From: Planctomycetota bacterium
GTDB taxonomy: Bacteria; Planctomycetota; UBA8108; SXIK01
Direction of reading: 5' to 3'
DNA: 64,000 nt
NCBI GenBank assembly: GCA_965223265.1
Contig: OZ244999.1
Location: 128,001 to 192,000 of the forward strand
Made by a program: the position numbers and the translations under genes. Shown here piece by piece: positions 22,573 to 31,579 of this stretch (the stretch's first letter is position 1; each line of letters opens with the position of its first letter). The notes under the pieces were generated by a model that saw only the letters and a program-made list of their open reading frames with translations, searched no databases and had not been told where the DNA came from.

Positions 22573-23151
22573 GTGCCGACTGAAGGTGTATTGACAACGT
22601 CTCAGTGGGGCCTGGCACTGGCCATATTCGCACTGCGAATCATCGACGTCTCTGTCGGAACGGTTCGTACACTTGCGGTTGTCCAAGGCAAAGTGAAGGC
22701 CTCGGTGATCTTGGGATTCTTCGAGGTTCTTGTCTGGCTGGTGGCGGTTTCCCACGTTCTCGGACAGGTAACCGCGAACCCTATCCTGATGTTCGTCTAC
22801 TGCGCCGGATTCGCCGGTGGCAACGCGGTAGGAATCGTTCTCGAGAAGAAGCTCGCCCTCGGCGGCGTCGTTCTCCGAGTGATCTCTACCGCAGATCGAG
22901 ACCAGATGCTTCGATGCCTGTACGAGCAGGCGGCACGCGTCACGACGTTCGAGGGGGCGGACAGCGGAACTCCGGTGACGCTGTTCTATGTCGTCTGCCG
23001 ACGTAGAATCCTGCGCGCTCTGCTTGACCAGGCTCGCCAACTTGACCCCGAGCTCTTCTTCGCAGTCGAACCTCTGAGGGAAAGCAGTCTGGAGCTGACT
23101 CAGCCTCTCCCCCGCGCTACCGGCTGGCGATCATTACGCAAGGCGAAGTGA
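22573..23151 (+). CDS. DUF2179/DUF5698 (UPF0316-like) membrane protein
   Basis: IFALRIIDVSVGTVR, GFFEVLVW, GFAGGNAVG. Confidence 0.8.
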   Translation: MPTEGVLTTSQWGLALAIFALRIIDVSVGTVRTLAVVQGKVKASVILGFFEVLVWLVAVSHVLGQVTANPILMFVYCAGFAGGNAVGIVLEKKLALGGVVLRVISTADRDQMLRCLYEQAARVTTFEGADSGTPVTLFYVVCRRRILRALLDQARQLDPELFFAVEPLRESSLELTQPLPRATGWRSLRKAK

Positions 23152-23158
23152 CGTAGAA

Positions 23159-25129
23159 ATGAAGAAGAACCTGGAGCGCGGTCGTGAAACCAAGCCATCA
23201 GCGAAAAACGGCGGACGGACGATAGGGCCGGTTTCGGACCTCGAGCGTCATTTGCCGTCCGATTGGTGGCGGACGCTCTTCAACTCCATCTACTTGAAAA
23301 CCGATGGAGATGTGATCGAGAACACTGCGAACACGAAACGCGAAGTGGATGCCGTGATTCGAGCGGCCGGACTCGAGGTGAACGACCGGATCCTGGACCT
23401 CTGCTGCGGTCAGGGAAGACACTGCCTGGAGCTCGCCCGGCGAGGCTTCGCGCATGTTACTGGCGTGGATCGATCGCGCTACCTCATTCAACTCGCTCGG
23501 AAACGTGCGAAAGACGAAGGCCTTTCGGTAGTTTTTCGCGAGCGTGACGCTCGGAAGCTCCGCCTGCGTGAGACGCCGTTTCACTGCGTTACCCTACTTG
23601 GAAACTCCTTCGGGTATTTCGATACAGAAGACGACGATCGACGGCTGCTCGAAAGCGTCAAGAACGCTCTTCATGGTGGCGGGATCCTGGTCCTCGACAT
23701 CGCCGACGGAGAGTGGCTCAGGACGCACTTCGCGCCGCGCTCGTGGGAGTGGATCGATCAGAACCACTTCGTCTGCCGTGAGCGATCTCTGGCAGCCGAC
23801 GGGACACGCCTGATCTCGCGGGAGGTCGTCGTGCACGCCGAACGTGGCGTGATCGCAGACCAGTTCTACGCGGAGCGACTCTATCCCAAGGAACGGCTCA
23901 ACGGGCTTCTGGAGTCCGTGGGTTTCGCGGATCTGCGTGATCATGGCTTTCTCTTTCCCCAATCGGAGCGTAACCAAGATCTCGGGATGATGGCGCAGCG
24001 CTACCTGCTCACGGCACAGGCGCCGCGGATCGTTCAGACGTCAACGAGAGCGGGTCCTCGCTACACTGAAGTTGCAGTACTTCTCGGTGATCCTCGGCTT
24101 CCGGACCGCGTCAAGCGTGAGGGACAATTCAATGAGGAAGACTTCGAGACGCTCCGCAAGCTGAAGGATGCCCTCGGTGAACTCGACGAGTACAGATTCG
24201 AGTACCTGGACAATCATGCGTCTCTGATCACCCAGTTGCGCGGCTGTCGACCAGAGTTTGTCTTCAACCTCTGTGACGAGGGTTTCGACAACGACGCCTT
24301 CAAGGAACTCCACGTTCCTGCCGTACTCGAAATGCTCGACATTCCCTATAGCGGTGCCGGCCCCGCTTGTCTCGCCATCTGCTACGACAAGTCACTTGTT
24401 CGCGCGTTTGCCGAGTCGCTGGACATCCCTGTGCCGCTCGAGTCGTACTACAACGTGGATGACCACGCGGCGACCTTGCCTTCCGTATTTCCCGCGTTGG
24501 TCAAGCCCAACTACGGCGACTCGAGCATCGGGATTACGAAGGACGCGGTCGTGAGGTCTCCGGAGCAGCTCGTGGCTTACCTCGAGAAACTGCAGGACGA
24601 GCTCCCGAGCCGCTCGATCCTCATTCAGGAGTTTCTTAGCGGACCAGAGTACAGTGTAGCAGTCATCGGCAACCCGGGGAACGAGCTGACGATCCTTCCA
24701 CCGCTCGAGGTCGATTACAGCGGATTGTCCAGCGGGCTGCCGGCGATTCTCGGATACGAATCGAAGTGGATGCCGGAGTCTCCGTACTGGAGCGAGATCC
24801 GTTACCACGAGGCGCGGATCGACGAGGACGCTCGACGCCAGCTTGGCGACTACTCCCTGCGCCTTTTTGAGCGACTGGGCTGTCGGGACTACGCTCGTTT
24901 CGATTTTCGTGCCGACTCCGCTGGCGTGATCAAACTTCTTGAGGTGAACCCGAACCCCGGCTGGTGCTGGGACGGCAAGCTGAACTTCATGGCGGGCTAC
25001 GCGGGGATGCGATACTCGGAATTGCTCCGAGGCGTGCTCGAAGCGGCTCAGGAGCGGATCGCCAATGGAGCGCCTCGGCGGGAAGTCCCTTGTCAAGGCA
25101 TCCCACTCACGGCCACCAGCTGCGAGTGA
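23159..25129 (+). CDS. Class I SAM methyltransferase fused to a D-Ala-D-Ala-ligase-like ATP-grasp domain
   Basis: ILDLCCGQGRH and NSFGYF; then VFNLCD, IPYSG, LVKP..GDSSIGI, QEFLSGPE, RDYARFDFR, LEVNPNP. Confidence 0.88.
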   Translation: MKKNLERGRETKPSAKNGGRTIGPVSDLERHLPSDWWRTLFNSIYLKTDGDVIENTANTKREVDAVIRAAGLEVNDRILDLCCGQGRHCLELARRGFAHVTGVDRSRYLIQLARKRAKDEGLSVVFRERDARKLRLRETPFHCVTLLGNSFGYFDTEDDDRRLLESVKNALHGGGILVLDIADGEWLRTHFAPRSWEWIDQNHFVCRERSLAADGTRLISREVVVHAERGVIADQFYAERLYPKERLNGLLESVGFADLRDHGFLFPQSERNQDLGMMAQRYLLTAQAPRIVQTSTRAGPRYTEVAVLLGDPRLPDRVKREGQFNEEDFETLRKLKDALGELDEYRFEYLDNHASLITQLRGCRPEFVFNLCDEGFDNDAFKELHVPAVLEMLDIPYSGAGPACLAICYDKSLVRAFAESLDIPVPLESYYNVDDHAATLPSVFPALVKPNYGDSSIGITKDAVVRSPEQLVAYLEKLQDELPSRSILIQEFLSGPEYSVAVIGNPGNELTILPPLEVDYSGLSSGLPAILGYESKWMPESPYWSEIRYHEARIDEDARRQLGDYSLRLFERLGCRDYARFDFRADSAGVIKLLEVNPNPGWCWDGKLNFMAGYAGMRYSELLRGVLEAAQERIANGAPRREVPCQGIPLTATSCE

Positions 25130-25136
25130 GTGTCAG

Positions 25137-27473
25137 GTGAAAACGCGTCGCACGACGAACATCCCGCACGCGCTTTCGGAGATTCTGACGAGCACGACGT
25201 CGCTCGCGCAGATTCTCGAGGCAACGGTAGGTATCGTGGCGGAGCAACTTCGCGCCGACGTGTGCTCGATCTATCTTTTGGACCTCTTCAGTGGCCGACT
25301 TCGCCTGGTCGCCTCCAGAGGTTTCAAGGAGGGGGCCCTCGGTCGAGTCTCCCTGGGACCCGACGAAGGCATCACGGGCACTGTCGTCTCCACAATGTCC
25401 TCGATCGCTTCCGAGGACGCCAAGGAGCATCCCTCCTACCGTTACTTTCCGGCCACCGGAGAGGAGGAGTTCTCCGCCTACCTCGGGGCTCCATTGAGCG
25501 TGGGAAGGCGACCCGTCGGAGCGATTGTGCTGAGGAACCGGGAGCGGCGAAGCTACACCGAGTACCAGAAGAAGACGCTTCAGACGGTAGCGGCGCAGTT
25601 GGTCGGAGTCATCGAAAACGCACGACTCGTCGAGGCGCTCGATCAGCCCGATGGCGGGAGAGCCTACTTTGAGGAGCTGCACAAGTGGAACCGCGGTCTT
25701 CGCGAGTATCGCCCGACTCAGGATGGGCACGGGGAGGTGATTCTACGCGGAACCGCTGGTTCCCATGGAGTGGCCATCGGAAAGGCTGTCGTGCGGGGAT
25801 CATCGGATCCCACCTCCGAGCTCCACATGTCACCCGAATCTGCTGAAGAGGAACGACAACGCCTCGGGGTTGCGATTGAAAGAACTGGCAGTGACCTCGC
25901 TCACATCCATGCTGCAGCCGAACGTGAAACCGGCGAAGAGCACGCGCTTATCTTCTCTGCGCATCTCCTTATCTTGAGTGATCCCACGCTGCGAGGACGA
26001 ATCGAGGCCTTGATCGACGACGGGCTGTCTGCCACGCAGGCAGCGCACCGAGTGTTTGCCGACGTCGAGGCGCAACTGCGTGGTCTCGGAGACCCCTATC
26101 TCAAGGAGCGGGCTGAGGACATCCTCGATCTGCGTGCGAGGCTTTTGGGACATCTGACCGACCCGGCGACGAGGACTCAGGATTTGAGCGACCGGATCGT
26201 CGCTGCGGAGCGGCTTTCGCCTTCGATGATCATTGAACTCCGCGCCGAGGGAGTGCTCGGAGTTGCGACCGAACGCGGTGGAGACACCTCGCACGGGGCG
26301 CTCCTGGCTCGCGCCATGGGAGTGCCGGCCGTCACGGCCGTTCCTGAGTTGATGCGGAACGTTCTTCCCGGAGACGATCTCATTCTCGATGGCTCCACCG
26401 GCACTGTGATTGTAAGGCCGCAGCCGGAGACGTTGAGCAAGTATCAGGAGAAAGCACGGCGGTGCGTCGCGTCGGCTGAAAGGCTCGCAGGCATTTCGCA
26501 GAGTCCGGCCCAATCACTCGACGGCCGCAGCGTGAAGTTACTTGCAAACGTAGGGTTGGCCGCAGAAATCGACGAAGTAGCCGGGCGAGGCGCCCAAGGG
26601 ATCGGACTCTATCGGACCGAGTTCCTCTTCCTGGGACGGACCGACCACCCGACCTCGGAAGAGCAGACTCGCGTCTACCGTGCCGCCTGTGATTGCGTGC
26701 CCGACGGTCCGATCTACTTTCGTCTCCTCGACGTCGGAGGGGATAAGTGGTACGCCCGGTTGACGTTAGCAGGAGAGGCGAACCCTGCGCTCGGCTACCG
26801 ATCGGTTCGACTGCTGCTTGACGCGCCATGCGTCTTCAAGGAGCAGGTAGAAGCCGTCCTTAGAGCCGCTGGGGAACGCGAGGTCGGGATCATCGTCCCC
26901 CTCGTTACGGACCTCGAAGAGGCTCGTAGGGCGAAGACCCTCATTCGCGAGGTACACGATTATCTCTCTGAGTCCGAAGCGGACCCCGTAACTATGCCGC
27001 GAATCGGCATCATGATCGAAGTGCCGGCGGCGGCCGAGATCGCTTCGCACCTGGCAGAGGAGGCCGACTTCTTGTCGCTGGGAACGAACGACCTCGTCCA
27101 GTTTACACTCGCCGCGGACCGGGAGAACGCTCGAGTGGCGCACCGTGGTACTCCCTTCCATCCTGGCGTTCTGAGCTTGGTCCGCCGGACGATCGACGCC
27201 GGACGATCCGTTGGGAAGCCAGTCGGGTGTTGCGGCGAGCTGGCCGCGGTTCCCGAACTTGCGATCTTGCTTCTCGCCATGGGCGTCGACTACCTGAGTC
27301 TCGCTCCAGTGTCGATCCCCAGAGTCAAGCTGGCTATTCAGCACAACGACATCGGAAAGCTCGAAGCCCGCCTGGATGAGATATTGGCGCTGCCCGAGGC
27401 GTCACTCGTGGAGAACATGCTACGTGAGGCGGTGGTCAAGCCGAGATGGAAGGAGGGCCGTCGCCTGGAGTGA
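25137..27473 (+). CDS. ptsP: GAF-domain PEP-protein phosphotransferase (Enzyme I-Ntr-like)
   Basis: N-terminal GAF (ADVCSIYL), GGDTSHGALLAR, GIGLYRTEF, MIEVP, GTNDL, CGE; GTG start inferred. Confidence 0.88.
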   Translation: MKTRRTTNIPHALSEILTSTTSLAQILEATVGIVAEQLRADVCSIYLLDLFSGRLRLVASRGFKEGALGRVSLGPDEGITGTVVSTMSSIASEDAKEHPSYRYFPATGEEEFSAYLGAPLSVGRRPVGAIVLRNRERRSYTEYQKKTLQTVAAQLVGVIENARLVEALDQPDGGRAYFEELHKWNRGLREYRPTQDGHGEVILRGTAGSHGVAIGKAVVRGSSDPTSELHMSPESAEEERQRLGVAIERTGSDLAHIHAAAERETGEEHALIFSAHLLILSDPTLRGRIEALIDDGLSATQAAHRVFADVEAQLRGLGDPYLKERAEDILDLRARLLGHLTDPATRTQDLSDRIVAAERLSPSMIIELRAEGVLGVATERGGDTSHGALLARAMGVPAVTAVPELMRNVLPGDDLILDGSTGTVIVRPQPETLSKYQEKARRCVASAERLAGISQSPAQSLDGRSVKLLANVGLAAEIDEVAGRGAQGIGLYRTEFLFLGRTDHPTSEEQTRVYRAACDCVPDGPIYFRLLDVGGDKWYARLTLAGEANPALGYRSVRLLLDAPCVFKEQVEAVLRAAGEREVGIIVPLVTDLEEARRAKTLIREVHDYLSESEADPVTMPRIGIMIEVPAAAEIASHLAEEADFLSLGTNDLVQFTLAADRENARVAHRGTPFHPGVLSLVRRTIDAGRSVGKPVGCCGELAAVPELAILLLAMGVDYLSLAPVSIPRVKLAIQHNDIGKLEARLDEILALPEASLVENMLREAVVKPRWKEGRRLE

Positions 27474-27568
27474 CTCCCTATTCGGTGTGGAACTCCCGAA
27501 CTCCATTTAACGGCCTCCGTCGGCCTCCGTGAAGCGAGTTCTCTATGAGGAGGAAGTTTGGGGGTCAG

Positions 27569-29086
27569 TCATTCTTCACTCGTCCTCATCCTCTCCTCGT
27601 CTTCCATATCTACAGCTTCAGCAGCAAGCGTGACGAGGTCATCGCCGCTGAGTTCGTGCTCCGTAGAACGTTGGGTTCTGCGGAAGCGAAAGCCACGATA
27701 CAGACCGACCGGAAAGCGTAGCACTCGTAGCGGGGTGGCGCCAATGAGTTGCGTCATGACGTGGGGCGTCCCGTGCGCCTCTGGTTCCTGAATCCGCAAC
27801 GCGTAGACCACGCTGATCAACCGCAAGGCGAGGCTGGTAGCGAAGAGAAGCTCGAAGTTTCCAACCGTGGCCGTTCCGAGTTGCACCTGCCAGGAAGCGG
27901 TGGCTACGAGCGCCGCTCCCGCCAGAATCGAGGCAACTCCGCCGACCATGCCTGCCAGGGCGGTTCCGGCGGCGATGTACATCGTGCGGTTTACTGAAGG
28001 AGATTTCTTCAACATAAATCCATTCGAGGCAATGGCAATGCCCGCGTTGAGCCCAGAGTCGACAAGAAAGACGAGAGCGAGCAAACAGAAGGCGAATTCA
28101 AGATTCGAGGGGAGAAAGAGCAACGCGATCATGTTTGTCGACTTGAGTGAGGTACAGAGAACCAGGACGGGACGATTGCCGTACTTTTCGGCCGCTCGTC
28201 CGAGAGGGACTGCAACCAGTGCGCCGCCGGCCCAGCAGAACGTCCATAGCAACAGTAGGTGGAAGAGACTCAGACCGACCTCGGACAAGAGGTACAAACT
28301 GATGAACGGTGCTCCGATCATCGCAGCGAAGTTCCAGAAACACGCGTACGAGATGAACGTGCGAAAGCCGGACTCTTTGAACGGAGCGCTGAACACACGT
28401 ATCAAGCTTGGCTCTGGTACGGGCTGAACCGTTGGCTCCTCGATTTTGAGGAAAAAGAGGAGGTCTCCGACACCGAAGATCGCACCGACCCCGATCAGAA
28501 CGGCAAAGGCTGTGTGAGTATCGACTCCACTCTTGTGGACGAAAAACGCGCCTGCCAAGAGAGACAGCGCCCCCGCCCACTGCATCCACCGCTGTCGTAC
28601 TCCCCAGTAACTATTGAGTCCTGCGTGAGGAAGGTAATCCCCCATCCAGGAGAGCCAGAGCGGGGAGCCGAAGTGGAGAAGAGCATGGTTTACCGCAGTG
28701 GTGGCGACGAGCAACAACAACCAGGTCGCGTGTACCACGTCCGGGAACAAGAGCGGTCCAAGAGCGGCCGGCACGAGAATCAACCGCTGTACGATTGACA
28801 CGGCCAACCAGAGGGGACGACGGTACCGTAGGTGGTTGGCGACAACCGCGGCGACGAACTGCATGAACACCATTGCCGTGGGCAGAGCGCCAAGGAGGCC
28901 GATGTGGAAGGCGCTGGCATCCAGGGAACGGGCGAATTCTATGGTGGCCGGCGACATCGTCAGCTGTGTGTAAACCATCGACATGCAGCCGGCGATAATG
29001 ATGGCCCGTTTCGCAGTAGGAAGTGACCACATGATGGCACGTTCTCTCCAGGCAACCCTGCTCTTTGGCAATCCCAGGCGGAGCAT
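27569..29086 (-). CDS. MFS transporter
   Basis: About 12 hydrophobic segments, WLSWMGDY, GRAAEKYGNRP. Confidence 0.85.
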   Translation of the reverse strand: MLRLGLPKSRVAWRERAIMWSLPTAKRAIIIAGCMSMVYTQLTMSPATIEFARSLDASAFHIGLLGALPTAMVFMQFVAAVVANHLRYRRPLWLAVSIVQRLILVPAALGPLLFPDVVHATWLLLLVATTAVNHALLHFGSPLWLSWMGDYLPHAGLNSYWGVRQRWMQWAGALSLLAGAFFVHKSGVDTHTAFAVLIGVGAIFGVGDLLFFLKIEEPTVQPVPEPSLIRVFSAPFKESGFRTFISYACFWNFAAMIGAPFISLYLLSEVGLSLFHLLLLWTFCWAGGALVAVPLGRAAEKYGNRPVLVLCTSLKSTNMIALLFLPSNLEFAFCLLALVFLVDSGLNAGIAIASNGFMLKKSPSVNRTMYIAAGTALAGMVGGVASILAGAALVATASWQVQLGTATVGNFELLFATSLALRLISVVYALRIQEPEAHGTPHVMTQLIGATPLRVLRFPVGLYRGFRFRRTQRSTEHELSGDDLVTLAAEAVDMEDEERMRTSEE

Positions 29087-29295
29087 AGAATACGTCCCGC
29101 CGCTTCGAGCGGCCAGTCTTTCGTTTCATCGGGTATTCCGGGGTTCTTGATGAGATGAGGGCCTCGATCTCCGTCCCCACCGCCCAGTGGATTTGTGCCG
29201 AAGGCTCAGAGACAATTGGAAGGTGTCAGTGCGCGTGCGGTCGCTCACGTGGCTGGACGTGCCCACGAGAAGGAGTGGTAGTCGACAGATTCTAA

Positions 29296-29665
29296 ATGAA
29301 CACTGAGCAAGAAGATCTCAACCGGTTTCATATCGCTCGGCAGCAGTTGGATCGCGCCGTCCAGTTCCTTCCGGACTTCAAGAAAGGACTGATCGATTTC
29401 CTGAAGTCGCCGGCGCGCAGTATCACTCTCTGCTTTCCCGTCGAGATGGACGACGGATTCGGTGCAGACCTTTACGGGGTATCGCGTCCTTCACAGCCGG
29501 ATCCGTGGACCGGGAAAAGGAGGCATCCGGTATCACCCTGACGTCAGCGCGGACGAAGTGCGCGCTCTGGCGAGTTGGATGACGTGGAAATGTGCGCTCG
29601 TCGACGTTCCGTTCGGTGGTGCAAAGGGCGGTGTTGTCCGTGACCCGAAGGAGCTCAGCGAGACG
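29296..29665 (+). pseudogene. Glu/Leu/Phe/Val (glutamate) dehydrogenase 5' fragment, frameshifted and truncated
   Basis: FPVEMDDG / frameshift at ~29457 / [44 protein letters not shown]; homology stops just before the element end. Confidence 0.88.
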
Positions 29666-29736
29666 TCGAGATCCACGCCCGACCGGTTGCTCCGACTTCT
29701 CCCACCACCTCCTCACTCCGAACGCCATATCGAAAG

Positions 29737-30044
29737 AGAAACCGCGGGTAATCGCCGGTTTCTGATCTGGAGCTCCAGCGTCCGTGAAAAACGCGTTTCA
29801 GATCGAAAGGTGCCAGGATGCTAGAGACGTTTTTACTAACGCGAGGCCGAGAGGACCGAGATCGAGATTCTGAATCTCACCCGTTGATCTGTCTGCCGAA
29901 TCTGAAGACAGTGCCTTTGTCAACTGCCGCGGCGGAAACGAAAAGGTATCGACTTCTCCCAGAAGGTGATCCCTCGATCCGTAACTCCGCGTATCCCGCG
30001 GAGAAAGGATCCGTCAGAAAGGTATCGACTTCTCGAAGAAGTCC
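29737..30044. repeat. Conserved right end of element A, homologous to 57388-57672
   Basis: Shared in order: AGAAACCG..AATCGCCGGT, TGAAA(A/C)ACG(C/T)GTTTCA, ATCTCACCCGTTGATCT, and two AAAGGTATCGACTTCTC copies 76 bp apart. Confidence 0.9.
30029..30044. repeat. att core copy 2 (junction of elements A and B, attP-like)
   Basis: GACTT-CTCGAAG-AAGTC inverted repeat around a 7-bp spacer; element right-end sequence on one side, left-end sequence on the other. Confidence 0.92.
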
Positions 30045-30183
30045 ACCTCGTTTTGTACGTGACGATCTTTCGGAGAGTTAGATAGATCGGAGAGAGGAGA
30101 AGTTGTCCCCTCGAGTACAGAAAACAGCGGACAAAGTTTCGCTTTGAGGACAACCAAAGCGGACAAACAGAGGAGAACCAAGA

Positions 30184-31191
30184 ATGAAGAAGTCACCGAA
30201 GGCATTTCAGAAGAGCGATGGAAACTGGTATTGCCATTACAACGGCAAGCAGCACTACCTCGGCAAGAACCCCGACGAGAAGATTCGGAAGCTTGTCGCC
30301 GCGGACAACGTCAAGACCAGCAAGCTGACGATCAGCGACGTATCCACGCAGTACCTTGCCTGGATCGAGCCGACCCAATCGCCAGATTCGATCGACGGCA
30401 AACGACGAGCGTATCGACGGCTCGTCAACGACCTCGGCGACATTCCGATCCAGGATCTCACGCTCGAAAAACTCGAGGAATACCGAAACTCCCTGCTCAA
30501 GCAGGTGAAGAAGTCGACCGTACGGACGACGTTCATCAAGCTCAGCGCGCTCCTTCAGTTCTGTGCGGACCGCAAGATACTGCCTGACAACCCGTGCCGG
30601 AAGATGCGGAAACTGAAAGTGCCGGAGGACGCCCAGCCGGACGTGCTCACCGAGGAGGAGGTCTTGACGCTTCTCGACCTTTGCTCATCGAAACCGAAAT
30701 CGACGATAGTTCAGGAACGCGATCGCATGATCTTCCTGCTGATGCTCCACTGCGGACTCCGAAGGATCGAGGTGAGCAACCTCAGGTGGAGTGACGTCGA
30801 TCTCGAGCGGCGGCTCCTCGTCGTGCGCAATGGCAAAGGAGGGAAGGACCGTCTCGTGGCGTTGAACGACACGATGCACGATGCGCTGAGCAACCACGAA
30901 CGCCTCAACGACGAGTTCGTCTTGACCACGCGAGATGGCGATCAGCTCTCGCGCACGATGATGAACCGGATCACGGTGAAGTACCTCGACGATCTTGACC
31001 ATCACTACCGGGGCAAGAAACGGTTGTCGCTGCACGCACTTAGGGCGACCTTCGCTACGAGGCTCTGCGAGAAGGGCGTCTCGACGCGAGTCGTCCAAGG
31101 ACTTCTCGGCCACTCTGATCCGAGAGTGACGATGCGTTACGCCGCCGTCACCGAGGCCGCTTGTTTGGACGCGGTCAGGAAGATCGGGTAA
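30184..31191 (+). CDS. Tyrosine recombinase/integrase
   Basis: Catalytic set R (GLRRIE), K (GKGGK), HALR, LGH, Y (TMRY); GAGGAG RBS. Confidence 0.96.
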   Translation: MKKSPKAFQKSDGNWYCHYNGKQHYLGKNPDEKIRKLVAADNVKTSKLTISDVSTQYLAWIEPTQSPDSIDGKRRAYRRLVNDLGDIPIQDLTLEKLEEYRNSLLKQVKKSTVRTTFIKLSALLQFCADRKILPDNPCRKMRKLKVPEDAQPDVLTEEEVLTLLDLCSSKPKSTIVQERDRMIFLLMLHCGLRRIEVSNLRWSDVDLERRLLVVRNGKGGKDRLVALNDTMHDALSNHERLNDEFVLTTRDGDQLSRTMMNRITVKYLDDLDHHYRGKKRLSLHALRATFATRLCEKGVSTRVVQGLLGHSDPRVTMRYAAVTEAACLDAVRKIG

Positions 31192-31579
31192 CAGATCCGG
31201 CGATACGGCGGCAGGGGGAAGCGACTCTACGTGTGGTCACATCGCAGGTGCCGGCGTTCATCTACCGTGAAGCTTCCCGAAATGATAAGGACATTCCTGG
31301 TGTCAGCTGGCTCGTCCAGCCTCCCCACGTCGTTAACCCATCACCATCGTGCTGGACCCGCCAGTTAATAATCTCCCTCCAAATGTGAGTTTTCGTGACA
31401 GATTCTGGCGCTCCGCCACTCCACGCATGCATACGACAGTACGCAGCGCAGACGACTAAAGGCACGCAGCCGAAACCGCCGCCCAGCTTATCAGCCTGAG
31501 TGTCACTGAGTTCGCATGGGAGTAGCTGTCCCGATCGCGCACCGCCAACAGTGTAGGCGACTCGCTTCCCGGGCAGCTC

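Noticed and set aside
29942-30041. 24-bp direct repeats with a 52-bp spacer as a CRISPR mini-array
   Set aside because: Only two units, the spacer is conserved between both elements, no cas genes are present, and one unit is the att core.
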